NCBI GenBank assembly: GCA_012295275.1
Contig: CM022672.1
Coordinates: forward strand, 8,804,001 to 8,868,000
From: Chrysomallon squamiferum
Lineage: Eukaryota > Animalia > Mollusca
DNA length: 64,000 nt
Reading direction: 5' to 3'
In this document: positions 39,151 through 63,929 of the stretch, piece after piece
How the letters are laid out: every line of letters starts with the position of its first letter
How positions within the stretch are numbered: position 1 is the first letter of the stretch
Notes under the pieces: model-generated
The model's input: only the letters and a program-made list of their open reading frames with translations
The model's database searches: none
Told to the model about the DNA's origin: nothing
Program-made: the position numbers and the translations under genes

Positions 39151-41297
39151 ATTACCAAAGACATTATAAAATTTTAAAATTTATTTTCTGAACATGATCA
39201 AGTATGAATTTAAACCAGAACTTTCTCCTGTGGTCATTATTAAATAACAAAACAGATTTTATATATATATATATATATATTACACCACCATAGTATCCAT
39301 AAAAATATTAACATCTTTAAATGTATATTTTAAAATCAAACTGGTATTTAATTTAACAATCCCATTAATTTTTTTTAATGTTTATTAAATGGCAGTAATG
39401 CTGTGATGATTAAATTTAAAAAGATAGGAAAGCTAATGAAGAATACAAAATGATTTATGCAAAGCACATAAACAGATATATTTATTTATCATAAACCAAA
39501 ATTTAAAAGCAATAAAATCTAGGTAAAATATTAAAATGAAAAATATAATAATTTACAGCAAATATACTGTAATAATAATTTAACTGCTACAACTTCACAA
39601 ACATCTAGAACCTTATTTTTACTATTTTAATTTTTTTTTTAAATCATTTTTTTTGTGAGATAAATAAGTGGAACATAAAACTATTTTTTGAATAGCTAGA
39701 CATCTGTATATCATACCTCAGTATTTAAAATATTTTCTGTTACACACATACACACACTGTGTATTAAAATTTGACATTATACTTGTTTTAACTTAAACCC
39801 AAAACATTTAAAACATGTTTTATTTCTGATTAAAAATGTTCAGGATTAAAATTTATAAGATGACACTGCACCTGTATTCTCATTAACTCAAATACATGAT
39901 GTTCATTTAAAATAACATTTTATACATTAATAAAAATAGTCCTGCACAGAAATTAGAACACACTGGACGTAGTAGAACTGACTTTTGTTTATTCAAATAT
40001 TCTTCAATATACTTATTATACTCCAAAGACAACAGATTAAAAAAAAATAAAAATGTATTGCTCTTAATAAAAAGAAACAGAACAAAAAAGGAATGAAACG
40101 GGTTTTAAGGAGATTTTGATATTAGTAAATAATTTCATTGTTTTGATTCATAACATTAATAGTGTCAGCAACATTAAAATATATTTTTCAATTACTTAAA
40201 TCAAAAACAGCAGATACATTAAATATGTATTTTACATACAGACATATTCAAAATTTGTGTTGATCAAATGTTTTTTGTTAAAAAATAATTACAATAACAA
40301 AAACAAAAAAAAAGTTCTGCAAGAATGTGGCAAATAAAAATATTAGAATTAAAAAATACTCCTTTGAATCTTGTTCATGCATCTTATGGAATGGACTGTG
40401 GTGTTCTGTTAATGATGATGATGATAAAAAGCAAAAAAAAAAAAAAAAATAAATAAATAAATAAATAAAAACAATAATAATAATTACAAGTCAACATTAA
40501 TTCATAGTGGACTAAACACTTGATAAAAAAAAATAATAATAATAATAATCTGTACATCAAGACAGAAATGAATACCACAAAATGATGAGCACTGAATTTT
40601 AAAAGAATTTTAGAAAATGTTTAATAGACATAAAATGACAACCAAAATGATTTATGTGAAATGTTATATACAACAATCTGTAGTATCTACAAAATTCAAA
40701 ACAAATAATAATGGAATGTATACATTTAATATATAGTTTAACACTTAATTCAGAGGGATAGTATCAAAAATATGCCCTCTTTGTTTGGCTAACAGTAGCT
40801 GGATATTCTGCCATTAAGGACTGGCTGAAATAATATACAGTATCTTAAACAGTTAACTATTTTACTGGCTTGACATTACTTAAAAAACTCTGAACTATCA
40901 AATTCTGCGTGAAAAAAAACAAGAATTATTTAAAAATTACAATGACTAATGAACTAAAATAAATAAATAAATACACTGTAAAATATCTGAGAAAATAATT
41001 GACTAATTAATTAGTATCAGATTTTAATAATCAACTTAAATGTTTTGAACGGATTCTTTGAGTGCATTTTAATAACCTGCAAAAATGTATTTAAAAATAA
41101 AAAGCTAACAAACAATTCATCTGATACCCTAAATTTATATTAAAAAAAAAACAAAAAAAACACCTGAGATTTACATTTTATAACTAAAATAAAGTATTTT
41201 ATATTGTACAGACTAAAACTGTGTATAAAAAATAAATTTTCTGGAGATGATAACATATACAACCCTTTTATTTCGGTCTCCTTGCGTTTGAGAGGCT

Positions 41298-47250
<5,953 letters not shown>

Positions 47251-47289
47251 ACAACAACCTCGTTTCTGATATCCATAACATCGGGACAC

Positions 47290-47365
47290 TTTTCCGAAGT
47301 CACTGGAGTCGCGCGAGCTTTTTAGAACATGCGCATGGAAATGTGACGCATGTCCGTCCTCCTCT
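47290..47365. promoter_or_regulatory. CpG-rich proximal promoter/5'UTR of the tetraspanin
   Basis: Palindrome CATGCGCATG (NRF1-like), TCGCGCGA and TGACG clustered just upstream of the ATG. Confidence 0.35.
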
Positions 47366-47926
47366 GTCTCTCAGAGGGTGCTAGCAGATTGTTTAATGTT
47401 ATTTAAATTAACAGTTCTTTACAAACATTCCAGTTTTAAGGTAGAAGAATTACCTTTTAAATCTGAAGTACAAATGCCCTTTCCTCCCTTTTAATAAAAA
47501 TTAGCATGAAAATCTACTAGCAATATGAACCCATAAAGGGTTTTGTAAATTCGTAAATATTTCCATTAGTGTTTTTCCATATATACATATGTATATATAT
47601 GTTTGTTTATTGGTTTCGTGAATAAAATATAAATCTCAGTCTTATTATTTCTAGTTTGATTACTGGTATTTTTATGGAGAAAATATTTATAAATGTATAT
47701 TTAACTTGTGCCAACAAAAAGGCAAATATATAGTTTCAGACTGTTCCAACAGATGCCTGTCGCCTATATTTATTATTAAACAAAACAGTTTCCACTGTTC
47801 AGTTTGATGGTATTTTACAGAGAAAGAACTGACAATTTTTGTTTGTGTTGTATTTGTACGTTTTGGCCCCTCCACTTATGCTTTTTTATAAAAATAATCA
47901 AAAGTTTCACCATTTATAAAAGTCAG

Positions 47927-47957
<31 letters not shown>

Positions 47958-48894
47958 ATTATTATTATTGTTGTTGTTGTTGTTATTATTGAACGAGAGC
48001 ATTCCATATACAAATACTGCCTAAAGATCAGAATACATTTCAAAAACAGTTAACTGATGACACCATACAAATAAATACAACTCCCGCACATATGTACGTA
48101 TGTACGTACATAAACACATACGCATATACATACATACATCCAAACATTTATTATTATTATTATTATTATTATTAAAACCTTACATACTTTATTACACAAT
48201 TTAAGCACACTTTATCAAACAAATTTTAACAGTAGCATTATTTTGAAATAGTAATATTTTAAGTGATAACTTTATATCGCAAGTTAACAAGTGCATTTTT
48301 AGCTAGTCAATAAACAATGTGATTTAAAACTGATATTCGTGAAATACTATATACTTTTGTTTAAATATGAGAAGTACTTAATAGGGAGGATTAGGATTAT
48401 TGTTAATCTTTTGGTGAAAGTTATAATGCATTAATTTTATAACAGAATTACTGTACGTTCGACACTGTATGTGTGCAGTTTACAGGATTATGTGCGTGCT
48501 TCATACTTCTGGTCCTATCCTATCAAAAGATAATCGGTTTACGGCGCCCAAAACAGATATAATTATTTTAAATCAACCTTTTGTTAGTCGCTTACAACAA
48601 CTTTATCATTCAAGTGAAACATGCAGTGAAGTATTTACTCTACATAATCGTCTTACTTGAGTTGTGAAAAAAAAAATATTTCACAGACGAAAGGAAAACA
48701 CGTGACTGGTCAACAAGAGGCGAGGTCTTACTCTGAGTGTGTTTGTACGCGGTGTTTGGTTTGAAGGAGTTTCTACATTTGCTCTGATTCACTGCGATGT
48801 ATAAAATAACATTTGCGGAACTTGGAGACATTGTACATCAGTAAAGAAGAGGATTTTTTTCCTCGTGTCTGTGTATGCTTGTGTGTGTGTGTGT

Positions 48895-48954
<60 letters not shown>

Positions 48955-49649
48955 CCAGGGAGGTTAGGAGCTTTCAATGCTATCATTTACCCACTTTTGT
49001 GAACCGTTTTATTATTTAATTTTGTTTCTTAGTTTTATATAAAAATTATTTATTATTTTTTTATTTTCAAACTTTTCTCTTTTCTTTTCTTTATAATGAA
49101 ATTTATTTTTTCTTAAATGTTATAGGCTACAAGTTATACAAACTATGAAATCCTGGATCCACCAGTTATCTGATGAAGGCAAGTTAAAAACACCAACAGT
49201 CACACACGGAGCTAAAAACAGAAGTTCCAGATCATTTTATTCTTTTGTTCTGTTTATTCAATCAGAGCATTTTGCAGATATTACTTTTACTACCATTAAA
49301 ACTAAATATAACTCATCGATTAAAAAAAAAAAAAAAAAAAAAAAAAACAGGAGATATTTTAACTATCAGACTGTAATTATCTTGAAATGTAATATTTATT
49401 AATCAGTTTTACCTCACACTCTGTAACAATAAAAACGTGGTCAATAATGTAGTCATATGCATGGTTGTTGTAATGTTTGTAAACTGCTTGATTAATAAAA
49501 TAAAAATAAAAATAATAACGAACATGTGCATCAGAAGCTAGCTTTTTATTGTTGTAACGTAAACCCCAAGTTAGGGAGTTTGTAAATACCAGCTACAGAG
49601 TACTGCAGTCTGATACCGTTCATTATGATGACCTGATACCTTAAATATT

Positions 49650-50311
49650 TCATTTAAATACAGTTTTCCATTTTGACAGAGAAGGGCAGAATTGCTGAAT
49701 TAAAGACGCAATGTCCGACAGAAGTATAAGGGAGAGAACTCCTGAGAAGAAGAAAATGCCCAAGAAACCAATCCGTTTTGCCGAAACCCTCTTATCCGTT
49801 GCCGAAATTCTTTTCCGACGGAATTTGGACGTTTCATTTCGTCGGACTATCAGCATTTTTTGAATCATTTCTATAATTCGCTGCAGTTCCTCGGCAGAGG
49901 GCTTCGCCTTATTGGTCCAGTTAGCGCAGTAATACATGCACGTGTTTGGGTCGTTAGAAAACATAGCCAGGACACTGGCAGGTATCGCGTCTGTTAGGGT
50001 GTGAGATGTAGGAGTGTTTGTTGTTAAATTGACGGCTTTCGTCTCGATTGTATCAGTGTCTGGTGTTGTTTGAAAGGCAGTGCTCTCGAATACCGTCCTA
50101 ATCTTCTCAGCAAGACCGGGGAACTGAATGGAAACTGGAAGTAAGAGAGATAATATAATAAACGATTAGTAGAAGAAATATTGAAATATTACACGGACAT
50201 GATGTTAAAATATCAGTAATTCATTGAATAATAATAATTATTATTACAAGGATGACGATCATAATAATTACAAACAACATTACAATAACAGCACCACCAG
50301 CGAATATAACC

Positions 50312-50343
<32 letters not shown>

Positions 50344-50690
50344 CAACAAGAATGATAATGTTAAAAAATAATGATTTAACAGTAATATATACAACAGCTT
50401 AACAATAACAACAAAAACAGCAACAACAGCCAAGCTAATTCAGGCTTTAGTTCTAAATATCTCCACTTGCCTGGAGTTCCAAAAATCTGTACTTCACACA
50501 GACATAACATGTCTTTTCTGTTAAGTCGGACGCTGACATATCTACCCTCATTAGTCAGCTGGCAGACGACACTCACTGTCGATCCCGCCTTTACTGACCC
50601 ATTGTAATGTACACACAACGATGACGATTGGTTGTAATAGTCACCAAGTATGACGTCAAAGTCTTTCAGAGCTTGCCCTGTTTAAATAAA

Positions 50691-50721
<31 letters not shown>

Positions 50722-51581
50722 TGACGATGATGGTGAAATACAACAACAACAAGAGTAATAATAATAATACAGATGTTCTGACACCACGCACGAACTCTCA
50801 TTGGTTTCATGCCCTCCGTCAAACGTCATAAAATCAACGAAAAATAGTCATAAATAGGCCAAAAAAAAAAGAAAAGAATGAATTTTGAAATTTGTTATGG
50901 CTCAAGGTACCACAGGTTTTTTTTCGCCCGGTCTTCAAAGATCACATGAGTACGAAGAAAATGATTAATAACATTTTGAAAATTCACTTTCCTTTTTTGA
51001 CGATGATATACGTCAATTTTAACTTAACAATGATAGTCACTAAATATATAATTCGTGACACTAACATATTTTTCAGTTACCACAGTATTATATTTTTTAA
51101 GCGACTCTCCCCTCCCCCATTTCATAATTAAGACCCAATAGCCACGTTTCTAGACACTTGGTACTTTAAGGACTATCTTTCGTATTGATGGTTACGATGA
51201 TGATAACGATATATTAATAATAAACAAATAAATTATATGTGCTTTTCATTACATTATTATATTTTACTAAAACAAACCAAGAATCGGAATATACCGTATA
51301 GAAATAAATTAAACCTGGTACAACGATGAATAAGTAAATATTTCTTTACATCTTGAGTCGCCAGTGTTTGTTATCTTTATTAGAGATATGTTGAACACAG
51401 CACCCAGGTCGACAGTCCACCAAGGAGTCTGGAGCGGGTTAGGAGCTGTCAGAGAACAGGATCCGTGGGTGAAGGCGCTGTCAGTGTTGTTATCCACTGC
51501 TAACACTGCAGCTCCGAGATCGGAACTTTGGTACGCGGCTTTTCCTAAAGCAATGTTGTCTGCAAATATATAATATACATA

Positions 51582-51654
<73 letters not shown>

Positions 51655-52721
51655 GAGAGATGATGGATGGATTGCTTTGTTGACGGACGAATGGACTAAA
51701 GGACAGACAGAGAAAAGAGAGGACCGATAGACTGAAAACAAAAAGATGGATAACACTGACATTTCTGAGTCTGACTGTCTGGCTAATGATATTATGTATG
51801 TATGGCTATACTATGTATGTATGTATGTATGTATGTATGTATGTCTGGCTATATGTAAACATTTTAAAAGTCACAGAAAACAACTTTAAAATAAATAACT
51901 AGGACATTTACTTAGTGAGTCTGCAAAAACCTGGACTTCACAGAGACTCAGAACTTCATTACTGTTGAGCTGAATCTTTATAAACCTGCTCACACTGTTT
52001 CTTATACACTTCACGGCGATGGTCGCCCCGTCATCAACGTCTTTGCCGTAATATTTACACAGCGAGCTGTTCACGTAACTGTCGTTGCCGAGGAAGATGA
52101 AGAAGTTTCGAAGATTACTACCTGAATATAAAAAAGAAAAAAAAAAAAAAAGAAGTATGGAAGTATTTATTTATTTATTTGTTTATTTAGAATATATCCT
52201 TGTAGATTATTATTATTATTATTATTAAATTTTCAAGATTACTACCTAAACATAAAAAAATAAAATAAGCTGAAGGTACGGAAGTATTTATTTATTTATT
52301 CATTCATTCATTCATTTAAAATATATATTTATAGATCATTATTATTATTATGATTATTTGTTTAAAATATCTCACGAACTCACATACCACAGCAGTCTCC
52401 TCTGTTCGTTATGCGTATCTCTGTGATATTGTAGACGGTTCCCAAGTCGACGGACCACCACGCAGTACCAGTGTCGTAGTATGAACTGTGGGTACACGAA
52501 CCATCCGAGAAGTTCGTCGACTGGTTTCCATCTACTGCTAATTCAGGCAAACCGGCATTGGAACTCTGCGTAGCTTTCTTTCCAAACGCAATGTTTTGTT
52601 CTTTTGTAATAAACGTAAAAAAAATAAATATTATGTGACTTTTATGCCATTTATATTATTATTATTATTATTATTAAATCTTTCTGTCTTTCTCCCTGTT
52701 TCAGACGTATACATGAAATTC

Positions 52722-52808
<87 letters not shown>

Positions 52809-53063
52809 TGTGTAATTAGATTTGACTAAAATAAATAATTACCGATGATGATTCATTTTCCTTTTGCCACGTAAAATAAAAAATTTCTTCCACTTATTAT
52901 TATTGCAATACACCGCGCTATAAGTCAGAGTTAAAAGAAGAAATAACCACAGACATAACTTACTCTGAAATATATCAACTGTCAGTTGATCCAATCCATA
53001 TGTCATCGGAGATAAGCATAAATAAAATAAACTCACTAAAAAGATAATCATGTATTTGACCAT
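49650..53063 (-). CDS. Membrane-anchored F-type lectin (two fucolectin/FTP domains, Thr-rich stalk, C-terminal TM; ~474 aa)
   Basis: Six exons (1425 nt), all introns phase 1: 53063-52964 (signal peptide), 52600-52388 (NIAFGKKATQSS..LAVDGN..GSCTHS..WWSVDLG..ITNRGDCC), 52121-51912 (..LSLCEVQVF), 51559-51350, 50677-50471 (..LCLCEVQIFG; GC donor), 50134-49650. Confidence 0.88.
52723..52806. repeat. (GA)n microsatellite
   Basis: Direct reading; intron 1 of the F-type lectin gene. Confidence 0.95.
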
Positions 53064-53606
53064 CTGAAGAATTTTTACAGAACTAAGTATTCAACTGTCT
53101 CTGCCATCAGTCCCAGGGAAATGACAATATTGCAGTTTTGCGCTAATTAATATATAACAAAAAAAAAAAAAAATTAAAAATTAAAAATAAAATAAAGTAC
53201 CTGGTTGTTATAATTATTGACTTATTTTAATTAAAGGATTTCAAGTTGAATATCTTTCCGTTGGGTACGATCATGTTTCGACGTAAAGTCACGAAAGACA
53301 CGTTCAGTTTATAGATTAGCAAATAATGTTAACAGATTTGTGTTAAGAAATAAAGGGTAACTGTAAAAAGAAAATATAGTTTAGTCATGAAGTGTGCTAA
53401 TACTGACTGTAGTGGTTATTAGAGTTACCGTGTAAACACGGATTTAATTATATAGATTTAATAAAGTGTTATTGAGTAATAATACAGTCGTGGTGATGTA
53501 TTTAATTATTAATTAATTTATTTTATGTTATTTATTTATTAATTAATAATATTTTCTGTTCTTTATTTGAAAAATTATGTACGAGACATTTATATGTTTT
53601 GGAAGA

Positions 53607-53646
<40 letters not shown>

Positions 53647-53737
53647 TTTACACGATTATGTTTGTTGTAAAAAACAGTAAACCGAAAGCAATTAGATGAT
53701 ATTCGATATTCAAAATTTGATGATGATGATGATGATG

Positions 53738-53787
<50 letters not shown>

Positions 53788-54048
53788 CAGTGGAGTGCAC
53801 ATTAGGGCGAAGAGGCGATGGCCCCGGGCATCCAAATGGAGGGGGAGGCATTCAAATGAAAATAATGAATTTGGTTGATTTATATTTAAATCGAATAAAG
53901 TGTTTATTTTATATTTTATCTGTATTTACATATTCAAAATATCTTCCTTTCTCATAATATTTCTCAATACTAGGACTTATACTTGAGACTTTGGGGCATA
54001 CAATCAAGGATTTGGCCGCGGGTATCAGCAGATCTCTACACACAACTG
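53788..54048. mobile_element. Non-autonomous hAT-like element (MITE) inserted in an (AAT)n tract
   Basis: Imperfect terminal inverted repeats (left CAGTGGAGTGCA; right end read on the minus strand CAGTTGTGTGTA), GC-rich subterminal blocks (GCCCCGGG/GCCGCGGG, GGGGCA) and ATAATAAT on both flanks. Confidence 0.55.
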
Positions 54049-54111
<63 letters not shown>

Positions 54112-56142
54112 TAAAGATGTAATTAAGCTAATACGTAGACAGAATATCCATTAAGATGTCAAATGAGCGGATCAACAAATGTGGTTGATATTATTTTCGA
54201 AAGGAAGTGTGTTTCATTATTAAAGAGACAATTTTACATGGAGAGTCAAAGACTGACTTTTTTCTTTTTAAAATTAATTTAGTAATCATTATATCTGAAG
54301 TTTACAAATTTGTTTCATTTAAATATCTAAAGCATAATCCGCCTATAATATATTATTTTCAATAATATGAATCCGTTATTTAGATATTACTAAAAGTATT
54401 AACTGAAATAGACTGATCGGAATTCCCGTAAATATCAATAAAATTACTGTAGTCTTTACACAGTATTCCGTTTTTCTTCCTTAATCCTTCCGCAAACGGA
54501 ATGAAAAAATTGTTGATGTCCATTTACTGTTATTAAGGCGGGGTGGGGATTCCGAAACAACATAATTATAATAAATTATAAAATTTACAGGATATGTTGC
54601 TCGTCATTTGTTCTCAAGATATCAAGGGAAGCTACTCCGTCAAAAAAAAAAATCATGTTTGCAGCATCAGTGGTGGTCGGGTAGGTGGAAAATTTTTTTC
54701 TAAGACGTTGTGCATGCCTGAGAGACGAGAATGAAAAAAAAAAAGTTTTATTTTTTATTTATTTAGGGATGGTTCCATGAAACTGGGAAAGCTGTACATT
54801 AAAACACGCACGCACGCACACACACATACACACGCACATGCACGCATTCATACATAGATACACACTAAGGATGACATAAATTACTCAGTATATAAAAACA
54901 AATAATTATATATTCAGAATCACAAACGTATATAAAATAATATAATTTATAAAACCACATATACATTCAGGATCACATATAACTGTGTTGTGAGAGATTA
55001 CAAAATTCTACAACACACGACAAAACACGCTTTCATTAGCAATTTACTAACACCATGAAACACCTCTGCTCTGGAGCAGTCCAATTAATCATAGGTATGT
55101 ATAGCCTCTCTGGCTGTTGGCCCGTATGTCTAATGGATAAGGACACTAGGCAACCAATAGTCACGTCATTTGTCCTTGTTTACTCAACGGAACATACCAT
55201 TTTTAGTGGAGGGTATATTAAGAATGTCGAATGTTAAGTTCAATTTGTCACTTATAAATGTTATTTTAGAAGTGATTTTGGTGAGTGGGACGAAATGGAA
55301 CAGGTGCACAGTAATTATTAACTTAATAATAGTATATAATCTCTTTTTGTTTGACCTAGAATCACATGATACTAGGAGTGACTTTAGGGTGACGTACCAC
55401 AGAAAGTTCAGCAGGGAATCAGGTCTGTTTACTTTATTAAAGTTAGCTGTAATCATTAAGCAATGACATTTTATGATAAAAGTTTGGTAAATACGTCCTT
55501 TCGCCAGACAATCAAGAGAAATGTTTTCATAGTTTAGAAAGGCTTTCCGTTTATCATTATTGTTGTCGTTATTCCTTACGGATGCAGGTGAAATAAATCG
55601 TTTCGAAACTACATTTTGTTTCACCAGCAGACGGCAACATGGCACAATTCTGTTCGACCCATGCACAGTAACCCTTTGTGTATGAGAAAATAGTTTCAGC
55701 CACACTTCAGATCTGTTTTCATTTATTCTCTAGTTTACGATTTGTTAAGAAAGGAAATCTGCAGCTAATCTAGCTGCTTATGGTAAAGAATAGTTTTCCC
55801 TACTGAAAGTTTTCTTTGAGTAATGACTAGAACGGGAAATGTAATAACCTGAAGAAGACTGATAATGTGACATGTAACTTTTCAGAATGATATTATTCGA
55901 ATTTGGTAAATAAATCAAATTTATTGATTTAAAATCTACAAACTTAATCTATTAATATCTGTAACATATCTAAAATTGGAATGCAACGTTCACTTTGTTG
56001 TATATAAATGTTACTCTCATGTTAAGCAGCAGTCTTAAAATGGAAGACAGAGGTTGCGTTAATTTGTGCTGCTCAATGAATTATAATTTCAAGGAGTTAT
56101 TAAGCAGTTTTTAATTTTATTTTTTTATTTTTTATTTTACAG

Positions 56143-57655
56143 ATGAATATGAAGTCGTTTATCAGTTGTCTCATCGCATTAGCCTTTATTGAAAGAGTGC
56201 ATAGCATAAAATTACTACTGTTACCCTCGCCTGTTACCAAGAGTCACGTGATAGAATTACTGGGAACAGGAGAGGAAATGGCCAGGAGAGGTCACAGTGT
56301 CTTTTTGTATCTTCCAACATTTTATGGCACACATTTCCTAAAACATTCTGCTGTCACTGTCATTCTTTACAAGGTTCATGACGAATACTCTAACATGTTT
56401 AAGGATGGTGTAAATATCATTCAGAGCGGAAGCTGGAATCCTGAACTGGGTATTTATGACAGAATGCGTCACATGAGAAGAATCAAAAAAGGAATGTGTT
56501 GGGGTTTATTTTCTGACAGGAAGGGAATAGAGAAGTTGTCCCGGGAGAAGTTTGATTTAGCACTGGTGTCTGCTTTACCATTTACTGAGTGCCTCTTTTG
56601 TCTTCCTTATTATCTGAACATTCCTACAGTAGCTGCGAGCTCGTTTATCTTAGCAACCCAGAGTGGCATGCCCTTACAGAACGGCATATTTCCAATACTG
56701 ACATCGGCTTCAAATAATATTACTTTCTTTGAAAGATTTGCTGAACTTGTTATTCAAATGGCTTTTTCATTAATCTCTCCATATTTTTTGTCACCAGACA
56801 TGTCCCAGATTGATCAGAAATTCTCAAATATCGATATGGATAAATTAGTTCAGCAATCATTATTATTCTTAGAAAATTCTGATCATGTCTTTGATCTCCC
56901 TAAAGCAATTTTTCCAAACTTTTGTTCTTGTTGGCGGCATAACAGCACGATCACCAAAGCCACTTGACCAGTCTTTGGAAGAATTCGTCGCACGCTCACC
57001 TAAAGGTATTATTTTAGTTTCCTTCGGTTCAGCAATACCATATCAGTTTGCTCCGAAATCCATGATGGATAATCTCTTGAACGCTTTGCATGAACAGGAA
57101 TACAATGTGCTGATGAAGTCAGATTCTGAACATGAAGATGGAAATATCAAATTTTCAAAATGGTTTTCACAAAATGATATTCTCGGACATCCTAAGACGA
57201 AATTATTCATCTCCCACTGTGGTAAAAATGGAGTTTATGAAACGATCTATCACGCAGTTCCTGTATTGTGTTCTCCCAGAGGAGGCGATCAGCCGATGAA
57301 TGCTAAGAGGGTAGACATCTTTGCCATTGGTAAATATATCAGATTAGAGTCTGCCTCTTTGAAGCAGATGTCAAATGCTATTCACGATGTTCTCTATAAC
57401 GAGACATATCGCAAAAATATAAAAAGACTTTCTGAGATATTTCACGACAGACCAGACACGCCTGCTCAAAGAGCTGCTAACGCCATAGAACATGTCTTGA
57501 AATACGGCAGTGACCACCTGACTCCGCCGACAAAACATTTATCATTTATTCAGTATGTGTACGCGGATATCTGGTTTACTATATATACTTTTCTCTTGAC
57601 TTGTCTGTATATTGTCTATAAATGTTGTCAGAGACTTAAGATGTTTCTGCGGTAA
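56143..57655 (+). CDS. UGT: UDP-glucuronosyltransferase (GT1 family), single coding exon, frameshifted by one extra base near 56910-56923 (assembly error or pseudogene)
   Basis: ORFs 56143..56967 and 56885..57655 are the N- and C-halves: signal peptide, KSH catalytic His, RGHSV, IILVSFGS, UGT signature WFSQNDILGHPKTKLFISHCGKNGVYETIYHAVPVLCSPRGGDQ and a C-terminal TM. Removing one base gives ...PNFVLVGG... and ~503 aa. A splice acceptor directly precedes the ATG. Confidence 0.92.
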
Positions 57656-58261
57656 GATTTTAAAAAAATGAATTAAAAAAAAATTAATACTTAGGAATTT
57701 GTTAATTTTTTTGACATTATGGACTTGTTTTGTTATTAAAAAAGTGAGTTTTTCAGATTTACAAGTTGTTTGCTCTTAATTTATTTATTTTAAATTTAAT
57801 AATTTAGAAATATATTCTGTTTGTTGTTGTTGGGTTTATATATATATATATATATCAAAAATATTTTATAACTTCTGGGAACAGGACAAAATGCTGTTAG
57901 AAATCTCAAGTTGTTTCAAATAATAAAAAAACCTCTTTTTAACTGCATTACTTCATTTATTTCAGTCATACTGCTTAGTATGCACATTATTATTAATATA
58001 TAAAAATCAAAAATACAATTTCATTATTTCTCCTTCCCCCCACCCAAAAAAAAAAAAAGGTTAGGCAAATACTTTTTGGCGTAAGCCTTTTATGTAGAAT
58101 TTAAATTTTTGCCCCATTGTATTCCTATTTACACATTCATTGTTATTTATTAATTTCGTCTTAGAAATTATGTGTAGCATATCGCGATCCCTTCTCCCAG
58201 AATACACAATGTATGTATGTATACACAAAGCATGTATGTATACACCACTCTGTCAGATTTC

Positions 58262-63742
<5,481 letters not shown>

Positions 63743-63874
63743 CTGCAAGACGAAATATATTCTAAAAATAAGTATCATCTTTTCAGTTGTAATATTGTGA
63801 TAAAGTGTTTTGGATAGGCGTAAAGTCGATATTTACGAATTATGATACGGTAATGAAATGAAAAAAAAGAAGAT

Positions 63875-63929
<55 letters not shown>

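Noticed and set aside
40764-40825. Exon-like segment downstream of the tetraspanin stop (minus strand)
   Set aside because: The reading frame already terminates at 41298 and no in-frame connection was found. At most a 3'UTR exon.
48600-48965. CpG-richer patch with E-box CACGTGAC suggesting another promoter or exon
   Set aside because: No linked coding exons found. It could be a distal element of the tetraspanin gene but cannot be supported.
55030-55705. 173-aa ORF 55184..55705 (-) and overlapping short ORFs
   Set aside because: Non-ATG start, no recognisable domain or splice partners. Probably decayed interspersed repeat sequence.
56905-56930. Programmed ribosomal frameshift in the UGT
   Set aside because: No canonical XXXYYYZ heptamer or evident downstream structure. 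A homopolymer error is far more parsimonious.
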